Shown here: positions 35,313 through 47,465 of the stretch, in pieces | Position numbering within the stretch: the stretch's first letter is position 1 | Layout: every line of letters begins with the position of its first letter | DNA from: Anolis carolinensis | Lineage: Eukaryota | Assembly: GCF_035594765.1 (NCBI RefSeq) | Contig: NC_085842.1 | Coordinates: forward strand, 154,269,036-154,333,035 | Direction of reading: 5' to 3' | Length of the DNA: 64,000 nt | The notes under the pieces: generated by a model | Told to the model about the DNA's origin: nothing | Database searches by the model: none | The model's input: only the letters and a program-made list of their open reading frames with translations | Translations under genes and position numbers: made by a program

Positions 35313-36374
35313 GATTTCAGTAAGGCCTTCGACAAAGTCCCCCACGACCTTCTGGCAAACAAACTAGTAAAATGTGGGCTAGACAAAACTACGGTTAGGT
35401 GGATCTGTAATTGGCTAAGCGAACGAACCCAAAGGGTGCTCACCAATGCGTCGTCTTCATCATGGAAAGAAGTGACAAGTGGAGTGCCGCAGGGCTCCGT
35501 CCTGGGCCCGGTTCTGTTCAACATCTTTATTAACGACTTAGACGAAGGGTTAGAAGGCACGATCATCAAGTTTGCAGACGACACAAAACTGGGAGGGATA
35601 GCTAACACTCCAGAAGACAGGAGCAGAATTCAAAACGATCTTGACAGACTAGAGAGATGGGCCAAAACTAACAAAATGAAGTTCAACAGGGACAAATGCA
35701 AGATACTTCACTTCGGCAGAAAAAATGGAAATCAAAGATACAGAATGGGGGACGCCTGGCTTGACAGCAGTGTGTGCGAAAAAGACCTTGGAGTCCTCGT
35801 GGACAACAAATTAAACATGAGCCAACAATGTGATGCGGCTGCTAAAAAAGCCAATGGGATTCTGGCCTGCATCAATAGGGGAATAGCGTCTAGATCCAGG
35901 GAAGTTATGCTCCCCCTCTATTCTGCCTTGGTCAGACCACACCTGGAATACTGTGTCCAATTTTGGGCACCACAGTTGAAGGGAGATGTTGACAAGCTGG
36001 AAAGCGTCCAGAGGAGGGCGACTAAAATGATTAAGGGTCTGGAGAACAAGCCCTATAAGGAGCGGCTTAAAGAGCTGGGCATGTTTAGCCTGCAGAAGAG
36101 AAGGCTGAGAGGAGACATGATAGCCATGTACAAATACGTGAAGGGAAGTCATAGGGAAGAGGGAGCAAGCTTGTTTTCTGCTGCCCTGCAGACTAGGACA
36201 CGGAACAATGGCTTCAAACTACAGGAAAGGAGATTCCACCTGAACATCAGGAAGAACTTCCTCACTGTGAGAGCTGTTCGACAGTGGAACTCTCTCCCCG
36301 GGGCCGTGGTGGAGGCTCCTTCCTTGGAGGCTTTTAAGCAGAGGCTGGATGGCCATCTGTCGGGGGTGCTTTGA
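35313..36374 (+). pseudogene. CR1 ORF2 reverse transcriptase, C-terminal part (uninterrupted frame)
   Basis: [46 protein letters not shown]. Confidence 0.9.
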
Positions 36375-36469
36375 ATGCGATTTCCTGCTTCTTAGCAGGG
36401 GGTTGGACTAGATGGCCCATGTGGTCTCTTCCAACTCTACTATTCTATGATTCTATGATTCTATGATTC
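35313..36469 (+). mobile_element. 5'-truncated CR1 LINE
   Basis: RT ORF and (ATTCTATG)n tail diagnostic of CR1; possible TSD TCAGGA. Confidence 0.95.
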
Positions 36470-36754
36470 AGGAACCAAGGTTACACCCACTAGAACTGTA
36501 TGAATTACAGCAGACAAGTCAGAGTTAATTTCAGTTTACATGCAAAGTGTGTGCAATTTTTTTGCAGAAGACTGTTGACTGGTCCTCATTTTGTACTTGT
36601 GGATCAGTGAGTAAAAGATAATTTACCAAAAGAAACATATCTGCTGGATATTATGACACATGTAATACATATATTTACAAGAAAAGAGTCACCCTAAATT
36701 CAACAGAGTGAAATGTTGGATTCAATGAACAGTAAATACATTCTACATTAACAC

Positions 36755-36950
36755 TAAACATAATGGCCAAATGATTGGTGAGGTAAAATTCAGTAAGAAG
36801 AGAAGAAGACCTCAACCCATATGGGTAGACTCAATCAAGAAAGCCTTGGCCCTGGGTTTGCAGGACCTCTTAATGCCCAGATGGCTTGGAGGTCTCTCAT
36901 TCATGTGGTCACCATAATTTGAAGTCAAAATGAAGTCCATTAACAACAAA
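36755..36950 (+). mobile_element. Old RTE-clade 3' end fragment
   Basis: Degenerate KR.RP...WVDSIK-coding stretch followed by a 3'UTR and CAA tail. Confidence 0.45.
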
Positions 36951-37128
36951 GAAGAAATTGCTTGCTTCGTCTGCCTTCATTTTAACTTCATGCTCTGTTA
37001 CGTTTTTGTAAAACAGGGAACCACAGTTTATTTAGAATATCTGCATAATTAGATGTTTTCAGTTTTTTTATGAACTGGTCAGATGGACAGATTGGAATGT
37101 AGCTCATTGTTAGCTTTTCACTTTTTCA

Positions 37129-37268
37129 NNNNNNNNNNNNNNNNNNNNNNNNNNNNNNNNNNNNNNNNNNNNNNNNNNNNNNNNNNNNNNNNNNNNNNNN
37201 NNNNNNNNNNNNNNNNNNNNNNNNNNNNNNNNNNNNNNNNNNNNNNNNNNNNNNNNNNNNNNNNNNNN
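37129..37268. other. Assembly gap (N run)
   Basis: 140 N. Confidence 0.99.
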
Positions 37269-37949
37269 TATGAGAAATATATAATCTAATGTATGCTAAT
37301 TTGACATGAACTAGAAACAGATCAATTCATTCTTCCCTAGATAATGTATTTGCAGAGCTTGCAAAAGTTATTTTGGGAATATAGCTCCAAGAATTATCTA
37401 GACTAAACCTTCATAAACTATCGGTTTTGACTTCCATTTGGGATTCCCTGACTGAATGTTGGGACCACAAAAAATCTGTATATCTTGCCACCTAGCAGCT
37501 ATTTTGAACATTTAGATGAGTCTGTTAGCAAGACGTGCAGCAAATGCTTCAGCTGTACTTCATAAAAAAGAAAAAGCAGCCTGCCTTGTTTAGTAAGCTT
37601 TGCAAATGTTAATTTTAATTGATGGTAAATTTTGTAGTTTTAGAAATATTTTCCTTTACATTTTGATTCTAAAAATAAAAAAATAAAACATCAGCCATCA
37701 GCCATTAACATTTAATGAACAATTTGCTTGCAACCTTTATTTGTTTTGAGGGGATGAAATTATATGGATTGCATGTATGTATGCAAACAGATAATGACAG
37801 GAACAAGAGGGAGATGGGTGTGGGTCCATTTCAGGCATATGGTTCACTCGGCAACATGAGACCTTTTAAGTTGGAGGTATGGACCCCAAAACATTTCATT
37901 GTGGCCTGACAATTCAGGAGAGAGAAAAAGAGCCAAGAGTATATTCTTA

Positions 37950-38001
<52 letters not shown>

Positions 38002-39595
38002 TTTGTACCCCGCCACCATCTCCCCAGAGGGACTCGGGGCGGCTTACAGATATAAAACCAACATACAATAATATCAAATAAAAAAACACACAAATAAATT
38101 TAAAAGGCATAAAAAGATCACAATCATTATAAAACACTTGAGAAACACAGCAATAAAAACATAAAATGAGCTGGGCAAAGTGCACTGAGTGGAACTTGTA
38201 AACAAGAAGGAAGATTAAGGTGCTACAAGGTCATGGGAAGAGCCTTAAACTGAGGTGAACACTGAGGCTATTTCAAGGAGTTAAGGTACAACTGGTCAGA
38301 AGAGACCGCTAGTACAAGGGTTTAGTATACAGTGGGCGGTACTTCTTCAAAGGCCTGTTTGAAGAGCCAGGTTTTCAGGCTCTTCCTGAACACTTCCAAG
38401 GTGGCAGCTTGCCTAATTTCCCTGGGGAGCGCGTTCCAGAGCCGGGGGGCCGCCACGGAAAAGGCCCTCTCCCTTGTCCCCACCAACCACACTTGTGACG
38501 GAGGCGGAAGCGAGAGGAGGGCCTCCCCCAATGAACGAAGAGATTGTGCGGGTTCATAGGGGGAGATGCGGTCAGAAAGGTAAGTGGGTCCCAAACCGTT
38601 CAGGGCTTTGTAGGTCAACACCTGCACCTTGAATTGGGTCCGGAAGGTGAACGGCAGCCAGTGGAGCTCCTTGAACAGGGGCGTAGATTGCTCCCTGTAA
38701 TTTGCTCCTGTCAGGAACCTGGCTGCCGCCCGCTGAACTAGTTGGAGTTTCCGGGCCGTCTTCAAAGGCAGCTCCACATAGAGTGCGTTGCAATAATCCA
38801 ATCTAGAGGTAACTAAGGCATGGACCACCGTAGCCAGATCAGACTTCACGAGGTATGGTCGCAGCTGGCGCACAAGTTTTCGTTGTGCAAAGGCCCTCCC
38901 GGCCACCGTGGACACCTGAGCCTCAAGTGTCAGTGATGAGTCCAGGAGGACCCCCAAGCTGCGGACCTGCGCCTTCAGGGGGAGTGCGACCCCGTCAAGC
39001 ACAGGTTGCCACCCAATACCCCGATCAGACATGCGACTGACCTGGAGGACCTCTGTCTTGTCAGGATTAAGTTTCAGCTTGTTCACCCTCATCCAGCCCA
39101 TCACAGCCACCAAGCACTGGTCCAGTATCCGAGGAGCTTCCTTGGATTTAGGTGGAAAAGAGAAGTAGAGTTGAGTGTCATCTGCGTAGAGATGGCACCG
39201 CACTCCAAAACTCCGGGTGACCTTTCCCAGCGGTTTCATGTAGATGTTAAAAAGCATGGGGGACAGAATGGAACCTTGCGGGACCCCACAGGTCAATGGC
39301 CAGGGGTCCGAGCAGATGTCCCCCAGCTTCACCAACTGGGATCGGCCCTCCAGGAAGGACTGGAGCCACTGCAGAGCAGAACCCCCAAGGCCCATCCCGG
39401 AGAGCCGTCCCAGAAGGATACCATGGTCGATGGTATCGAAAGCCGCTGAGATGTCCAAAAGAACCAGCAGGGTCACACTCCCCCTGTCCAGTTCCCTGCG
39501 GAGGTCATCCACCAAGGCGACCAAAGCCATCTCGGTACTGTGCCCAGGTCTAAAGCCGGACTGCGATGGGTCCAGAAAATCAGTATCATCCAAGA
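37950..39595 (-). mobile_element. 5'-truncated L2-clade LINE with (TAA)n tail
   Basis: RT ORF, 3'UTR, terminal TGTAAGCCGCCCCGAGTCCCTCTGGGGAGATGGTGGCGGGGTAC and (TAA)n at 37950-38000. Confidence 0.92.
38322..39593 (-). pseudogene. L2 ORF2 reverse transcriptase, C-terminal 423 aa (uninterrupted frame)
   Basis: QSGFR, LDISAAFDTIDH, GVPQGSILSPMLF, YADD, SRLDYCN, LHWLP, RAFS.AAPRLWN.LP. Confidence 0.9.
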
Positions 39596-40777
39596 ACCTT
39601 CCACTTGAACCTGCAAACCAAGCATACCAGCATGGAATGAAAAATGTTGAAGATGCTCTGTGTCAGTGTTTTGGCCTATTACAGATATTGGATTCCAATA
39701 TCTGTTTTTAAAAGAGAAATTTATCCAACTTTGCTTATTTATAATGTTTACATTGTGCATATATATTGTGGGCCTCTAGACAAATATTTCATATTGTTTA
39801 ATCTTTAAGTAAGTAGTTTGCAGTCCATTTCATTGGTCACAAATGCTTCATTTCCAACATATGAATTACAGTTCTAAGTACCTCCTACCTTCTGCTTTTC
39901 ATGTGTTTTCCCTGTCTTCACATGGGTGCCAGATCCAGGTAAAATGTTTGAAAAAATGTCCTTATTGCTTGAGAGAGATCAAAGATGTAATGCAGGTTTT
40001 TTATGGTCTGTAACAGTTTTTTGGAACAAAATGCATGCTGTACCACAAATATTTGGCAGTAGTGATTTCCATGAGCCCATCCAACATGCGCCTTGCCACA
40101 GGACTCACCGACTCCATCTAGTTAGTATTCATACAATTTATTATGTGGCTGGCAAGAACTTTCTAACATCAGACATCAAGGGACCACCTATTTCCAAGAA
40201 CCTAGAACTCCATCACCTTTAATGATTAAGATTAGTGTGTATTATACACTTTATATCTAACTTGCCTTCATCAAAAATAATTTCTGACAGGACCTTTTTG
40301 TACATAATAAAGAGCTCAGAAAATAAGAATAATATAACAGCCACAAAGCATTGAAATGCCAAATAGTGCAATTTACTGTTAATGCCTAACATGCTAATTA
40401 TATATTTTCTGCGACAGGAGATTGATTGATTAATTGGGCCCAGGAAGCATAAAAAGGTGACATTATAAGATGTGATATTTGTTCTTGCTTCATTCTAGAA
40501 AAATAAAGACTTTGGTTGACTTTGTATTTACTCTATTTTCACATTTCTTTGTGATAGAATTTTTGCCAAACTAGCTTTTTCTAAGTGAAGTCCATTTAAC
40601 GTCTATCTAGCTAGTGTTTTCACCAGTTTCCAGAAAAATATGCTTGTCTACAAAAGAGGGTTCAGGGGCTGTTGTTTTCTGCTGTATGGTCCTAAAACTT
40701 CAGAATTTCCTTTCAATTTTTAGAGTCTTTAAAAAAGATTTTCTTAACATAGATCTGTTTTGTTTCTTACTATGAAT

Positions 40778-41447
40778 CTTCTTCTTTATTCGTTCAGTCG
40801 TTTCTGACTCATTGTGACCTCATGGATCAGTCCATTTATTTATTTCCAACATTTGTATCCCGCCCTTCTCCCCCGAAGGGACTCAGGGCGGCTTACAACA
40901 ATGGCAACAATTCGATGCCCACACAAAAATAATATCAAACAATACATAAAATCAATTAAAACTATTAAATACAATAAAAAATACAATATATAAATTTAAA
41001 ACATGCCAGAGCTCCCTGTCGGCCGTCACCACCCCCAGCTCCTTCAAGGTCAAGCCAGTCACTTCAAGGATACCATCCATCCATCTCGCCCTTGGTCGGC
41101 CTCTCTTCCTTTTTCCTTCCATTTTCCCCAGCATCATGAACTTTTCCAAGCTTTCCTGTCTTCTCATGAAGTGGCCAAAATACTTCATCTTTGCCTCTAG
41201 TATCCTTCCCTCAAGTGAGCAACCGGGCATTATTTCCTGGAGGATGGACTGGTTGGATTTTCTTGTGGTCCAAGACATACTCAGGATTTCCCTACAGCAC
41301 CAAAGTTCAAAAGTATCTATCTTCCTTCACTCAGCCTTCCTTATGGTCCAGCTCTCACACCCATAGGTTACTATAGGGCATACCATTGCTTTCACTATGC
41401 GGACTTTCATTGCCAGTGTGATGTCTCTGCTCTTCACTATTTTATCA
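40778..41447 (-). mobile_element. RTE/BovB-like LINE 3' fragment, interrupted by an L2-tail insertion
   Basis: Translates SNQSILQEI..CSLEGRIL..KMKYFGH.MRRQESLEK.MMLGKMEGKRKRGRPRARWMD; the 3' end at 40778-40834 is separated from the body. Confidence 0.85.
40835..41002 (-). mobile_element. Short L2-type 3' end nested in the RTE
   Basis: Reverse complement of TAAGCCGCCCTGAGTCCCTTCGGGGGAGAAGGGCGGGAT..TAAATAAA; RTE sequence resumes on both sides. Confidence 0.75.
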
Positions 41448-41570
41448 TTTTCTTTGCTATGTTTTAATTATGTGTAGGCATCGAATTGTTGCCAATTGTG
41501 TACGTTGCCCTGAGTCCCTTCGGGTGAGAAGGGCGGGATATAAATGTTGGAAATAAATAAATAAATAAAA
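41448..41570 (+). mobile_element. Short L2-type 3' end
   Basis: GCCCTGAGTCCCTTCGGGTGAGAAGGGCGGGATATAAATGTTGG(AAAT)n. Confidence 0.75.
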
Positions 41571-41648
41571 CCATGAAATCACTTAATGCCTCCTTTTAAA
41601 AAAAATCAGTTTTGTCCTGTCCTTCATAAATTACCAATGAAGTAATCT

Positions 41649-41781
41649 GGATTGCTGTGAGTTTTCTGGGCTGTATGGCCATGTTCCAGAAGCATTCTCT
41701 CCATGCTTCTGGAACATGGCTGTAAAGCTCAGAAAACTCACAGCAACCTAGTGATTCCGGCCCTTAAAGCCTTCGACAACA
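41649..41781. mobile_element. Penelope-like element terminal remnant forming a fold-back, with 14-bp TSD
   Basis: Inverted arms 41649-41695 / 41703-41748; TSD CAAT(G/C)AAGTAATCT at 41635-41648 and 41782-41795; family call from recalled resemblance to lizard Penelope ends. Confidence 0.6.
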
Positions 41782-42692
41782 CAATCAAGTAATCTCTTTC
41801 TTCCAGCCCTTTCTTGAAGCCATTTGAGGGTGCAGTTTGCCATTACTTTAACTGCAATGGTATTGAGCTGTATTAATTCTATAGTGTAGATGTGCCTTTA
41901 AACATGGAAACTTTGCCTTAACAACTTAATTTTTATTCTCAATGTACAGGTAGCTGCATTTGCTCATCATTTACCAGTGTTATCTGTTTCCTTACCATCT
42001 TCCTTACTAATGACAGAGGTTTTAATTATCTTTGTGCATTATACTTTAAAGAGGGAAGGAACAAAACAAAACCCCATCCATTTACTGATATTATAACTGA
42101 TACATGTTGTTCTGATATAATACAAAGAAGCATTCTAGCACACTTATTTTCGGCAATGTGATGAGATTGTATATAGGTATATATGAAGATTGTGAAATAA
42201 AGTGATCTCTCTCTCTCTTTCTCTCTTTCTTTCTCTTTCTGTCTCTCCTCTCATTTGGCATGATGATAAGTGCAAATACACCCAATTCAAAATGATATGC
42301 TTAAATCAATGGTTCTCTAGGTGGGATTTCATCTGGAGATTAAAGAGTAAGTGATGTCACAACAGATATATCCACAACCACATGAGTAAACTGAACAATA
42401 ACTTCTATCACTAAATCTCTTTTCCCACCCCCCCATCTCTCTGTGTAATTATTAGCATTAATTCTGAATAGAAATGCAAAGAATATGGCTGTATTTCAGG
42501 TTACCATTAATTCAAAGAATCATTATATTTCCTTGCAGTTTTTAATGATGAAGCTCAAAACCATGACTTATTGCTTAGTTGTTTACTGTGTATGTGTGTG
42601 TTTGTGTATGTGTTAGAGATTTGAATGCCAAATTAGATCAAGGTCAAATTGGATCAAAAAAATCCCAAAGTCCTGTTAGCCAAAGACACTGT

Positions 42693-43177
42693 GTCAGGCC
42701 ATACCTGGAATACTGTGTCCAATTCTGGGCACCGCAGTTGAAGGGAGACTAAAATGATCAAAGGGTCTGGAGAACAAGCCCTATGAGGAGTGGCTTAAAG
42801 AGCTGGGCATGTTTAGCCTGCAGAAGAGAAGGCTGAGAGGAGACATGATAGCCATGTACAAATATGTGAAGGGAAATCATAGGGAGGAGGGAGCAAGCTT
42901 GTTTTCTGCTGCACTGCAGACTAGGATGCGGAACAATGGCTTCAAATTACAGGAAAGGAGATTCCACCTGAACATCAGGAAGAACTTCCTCACTGTGAGG
43001 GCTGTTCGGCAGTGGGACTCTTTCCCCCGGACTGTGGTGGAGGCTCCTTCTTTGGAGGCTTTTAAGCAGAGGCCGGATGGCCACCTGTCAGGGTGCTTTG
43101 AATGAGATTTTCCTGCTTCCTGCAGGGGGTTGGACTGGATGGCCCGTGAGGTCTCTTCCAACTCTATGATTCTATGA
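42693..43177 (+). mobile_element. 5'-truncated CR1 LINE (same family as 35313-36469) with a small internal deletion
   Basis: Near-identical to 35931-36460; ATTCTATG tail. Confidence 0.92.
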
Positions 43178-46100
43178 CACAAAAAATTCAAAGAAAATGT
43201 ATCAGTTATCTAAAACATTTCAAGCAACACAATGAGGTTTAAAAATGGTAAGGCAATGTGCATTAGTATATTAATGAGCTGCTTTATTTTTCTCATGAAT
43301 TTGTATTGATAATATAATGGAGCAAACAATGCAGAGAACAAGACAAAGTTCATAAGTTGCTCATGGTAAAAATAAAAAAGTGAGATGTTACAACTTCCAG
43401 GAATGTGTTTTTTTTGGGGGGGGGGTGCAGGGGGGGAATAAGAAGACCTGCCCAAGCAGCTGGTAGATATATTGCTTAGGAAGTCTTGTACTCATTTTAA
43501 TTTGGAAAAAGAAAGAGAAAATGCAACAAAAGAAGGGAAGTTGACAAGCAAAACCATGGGGTTGGGGGAAGTAATGAATCTTGCATATCCAATGAAAACT
43601 CCAAGAGCTTTAGAGCAGTGTGCCAATGCCCAGCATTTGCATGGCTATTGCAAAAGAAAAAAAGAAGCAGCGCCAGACCCAGATGTCAATTAGTATTCGG
43701 AGGGTGTCCGAGACCTGATACTGGCTTTTGCAGAGCCAGATTTTTGAGGTGCTGGAGCCAACAGCCTGATGACTAACAGCTGAATTGCCCAGCAGTCTGG
43801 TAGCTGACTTGATCACGCTGCAGGCCCATTCACTGAAGGCTCATTTGCTCTCCAGCAAGACAGGTTAATTATGGAAGGGGGAAGAAAACTGAATGTTTTG
43901 TTTTCCTTCAATAAGAAGCTAATAAAAACATTTTAAGCAATTGGGGAGTGATAAGCTGAAGCACACAGTGCTTTTTTAGTGGTGTTTAATTCCGCAATGA
44001 GACCTCTCTTTCTTTCCAACAGGTTTACTACTGCTCCTGCCTTACATCGGGACATGATTTAAATGCAGTAACAATTGTTTGGCTTGCAACCTGAAAGGAA
44101 CATGTAGTATCTTTTTCGAAAACCCTATTTTTATAAGCTAAATTACATTGAGGTTGTTTTTGTGTGTGGTTTTTTTTTTTTTTTTGGTGGGAGAAGGGAA
44201 ATTGTTAGCTTTGACTATCTGTGATTCCTAGGGAGAATTTGGAACTGAGATTTTGACAGAGGCTTTTTTAAAAAAGTTTTTGGATGGATTTTCTCCTTAG
44301 AGTTGTTTTTAATGGTTTGCCTTTTAACACAAGTCCAAACAAAACCGTCTTGACTTTGTCACCAACACTTATAGTAACTGAAATGGGTATTAAATTGCCA
44401 GTGTACTACTGGCTAGCTGCCATTAACACTACAAGATCAAGTTTATCAAGGTATAGAACACAGAAATGGTGGAAAATGAACTGTACATTTACCATTTTAT
44501 TAATTTAGCCAGACATTTCCCCTGGGCCACAAAATATTCAAATTATGAACACCCAAAGAATACAGACTGGATAACATATATGCAAGATTTTTAACTCTCC
44601 CTCCATGAAAGATCAGGTGCATTGTCATACAGGATCTCTGCTGCAGCTGAAAAAGAGCAAATTCAAAGCAATAGTTATCATAATGAAAATAATTCTGAAT
44701 TATGAATTTTCTTCAAATGAGTTAAAAACTTTCCTATCAGAATCTGCAGCCCTCAGCAGCCCTCATTGAGAAAGCATCATAAAATAAACTAGAAGGTGAA
44801 ATTCTAAACTATTACTTCCATTTTTGTGGTTAAAGGGTCAACATAAAAAGGAGGCATACAATCAATAGTTTATTAAATACAAATTGAATGGTAAATCATA
44901 CAAAGATATGCAAGAATGTGGATTTATGTGGGCTGGATCTCATTTACAAATCAGAAGAAACAAATATGAATTTGAAAAGCTATATATATAAAACAAAAGG
45001 ATGAGAACATTCTATTAATCTTTGTTTAACTTGGCATGCACTGTTTACTGTGTTTTGTGTCATATCTGTTTCAAATAACTAGAGACAGTATAGTTCTAAT
45101 GCCCAAGAAGTTGTTGTTTTTCTTATTAACATTTTTATTTAAAAAAAACTATTTCCCATTTCTTCTAAATAATCAAAATAGCAATTTATCAATTTTTAAT
45201 AAAATCCTCAAGTTACCAGACTGTGGTTCTAGAACATTCTTCTCCTGTCATAAACATAACACCATAAGAGAACAAACCAGCATTTGAATAATGTTATATT
45301 CCTCCATCATTTAGTTAGGTTACATTCCATAACATAAACAAGGATATACAAGAAAATCACAGTGATATCATGAAAGGACTGGAGTTGTCCCTTGTTACGT
45401 TCCATTTGTAATGTCATTTGGTTGTAGCAAAAATACTGGATAGGAGAATTAACAACAAACAACTATTTATTTGTAAGTAGCAACTTTCACACTCTGCTTC
45501 TAGTACTGTTTTATCAGATTAGATTGAAATATACTAGTTTATGAGTGGCTGAACAGTGATTTGAAGTTAACAATTAAATTATTATATGGCCTTAAAACAG
45601 ACTTTATATGTGAACCAATGCTTTTCCATTTCATTTGGCCCTGCCTGCCTGTGTTTTCAAACTGTATTTGCGTTTGTGTATGTATCTCTGTGTGTCTCAG
45701 TACGTAAGTAGATAGAAATAGCTACTGCAAGTGTATTCCATATGACTAAGACATTTTAAGGAATAGAAGAATTAAACCCCAAATCATAACATAAATTAGC
45801 TCACCCTGTTATTAGTGGTTAGAGAAGGAGAAGTCGTTTAATATTTTGATCTGATGTGGTCCCACTTTCTTATTTCTAAGGATTAAGGAGTATTTTTCAC
45901 AAGCAGAAGAAGGAGCTTGCTGCTTCCTTTTCAAGCTGATGGGTACAAAAAGGTCTTTAGTGCCCTCTGCAGCCACACAGCCAACATGTTTAAAAACAGA
46001 GGATTATAGTACTTTCTCATATTCCCATTCTCTGGTTCCTAATGCACAAGCCTTTAAATGGGCTTTCAACAGAGCATTAATCACTTGCTTTAATGGGCAG

Positions 46101-46495
46101 ATCCTGCTATTTTTCCTTGGAATATGTTTGCCTTTTCTTTATATAACCAGTTTCAAAGTACAGTCTGCGAAGCAGGATAAATCAGTATTATTTCACTTTC
46201 AAGCTATCCACACAACATGTGGTTTATCCTCCCGAGGCAGATATAGAGAGTGCAATTTTTGATTTCTCTGTGCACTGAGACCACATCATCTTGGCATGCA
46301 ACCAGCTCCAACTAGCTGTGAATAAGGGCTAAAAAGAGCAAAATTAATCTAGAACCTGTCATATTTTGCATTGAGTAAGTGAAGCAGAGGTACTTTGCCA
46401 ATATAATAAGGAATATAGGATAAAGGAGAAAATGTTGTTCACTCACTAGAATCTTAAAGGTTCATATCCATGAAAATGGAGACGCCGAAGCTTAC

Positions 46496-46580
46496 CATCG
46501 TCTTCTTTCCCTTTGGCTGTTAAGTCACCTTCCCCTTTCACTATTTAGTGCTGAGCAATTTGCAACCTCCCCCGCCCCAT
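46496..46580 (-). promoter_or_regulatory. Candidate promoter and ATG-only first exon of an unidentified host gene
   Basis: Minus strand: GC box GGGGCGGG, TATA-like TAAATA (46547-46542), AAGACGATG|GTAAGC (Kozak -3 A plus consensus donor). Confidence 0.35.
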
Positions 46581-46715
46581 TCTGTATTTGTATTTTTTAA
46601 TTGTTCTGCTGTCCCCTATCAGACCACTAAAGGCTGCCAGATCTTGATAATGGTCAAGTTTCTTTTTTAGATGAGAGGAAATAGTGGACTTGGTTTCTCC
46701 AGATTGTGTTACTGA

Positions 46716-46864
46716 GGCTGGATCTACACTGCCCTGTATCCCAGGATCTGACCCCAGATTATCTTCTTATCCTAGATTATCTGGCAGTGTAGACTCATAA
46801 AACCCAGTTCAAAACAGATAATCTGGAATCAGATCCTGAGATATAGTGCAATGTAGATCCAATC
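46716..46864. mobile_element. Harbinger-type palindromic MITE (related to 2501-2615)
   Basis: GGCTGGATCTACACTGC / GCAATGTAGATCC termini; shared CAGATTATCT..GGCAGTGTAGACT core. Confidence 0.65.
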
Positions 46865-47130
46865 TAAGTTGGAATTTCCATTGTACCTGTATCTTGTATC
46901 TCTTAATAAAAGAAAGTTTTATTCCTGCAATCCACAATAATGTTGCTTTTACACAGAGTAACCCTTGTGAAGACCATGAGGTTTCAGCTGTCATTTGGAT
47001 CAGAGGTTGGAGAAAAAGGAACTGGGGAACTTTATGTTTCCTCACTGCCAATGCTGGGCACTTTCGAATGGAATAAAAAGTGAGATGTATTGACTTTCTA
47101 CCATGTTTAAAGGGAAATGCTGTGGATACT

Positions 47131-47465
47131 GTGCCCCTGGTGGCACAGTGTGTTACAGTGCTGAGCTGCAGAGCTTGCGGTCTAAAAGGTCCCAGGTTCA
47201 AATCCCAGGAGCGGAATGAATGCCCGCTGTTAGCCCCAGCTCCTGCCAACTTAGCAGTTCGAAAACATGCAAATGTGAGTAGATCAATAGGTAATACTCT
47301 GGCGGGAAGGTAACGGCGCTCCATGCAGTCATGCCGGCCACATGACCTGGAGATGTCTATGGACAATGCCGGCTCTTCGGCTTAGAAATGGAGATGAGCA
47401 CCAACCCCCCCAGAGTCGGTCACGACTGGACTTAACACCAAGGGAAACCTTTACCTTTACCTTTT
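47131..47465 (+). mobile_element. Sauria SINE
   Basis: tRNA-like head with A box TGGCACAGTG and B box GGTTCAAATCC, (ACCTTT)n tail; second copy at 62058. Confidence 0.85.

Noticed and set aside
38332-39711. Antisense and alternate-frame ORFs over the L2, CR1 and Gypsy coding regions
   Set aside because: Shadow ORFs of GC-rich coding sequence with no domain motifs.
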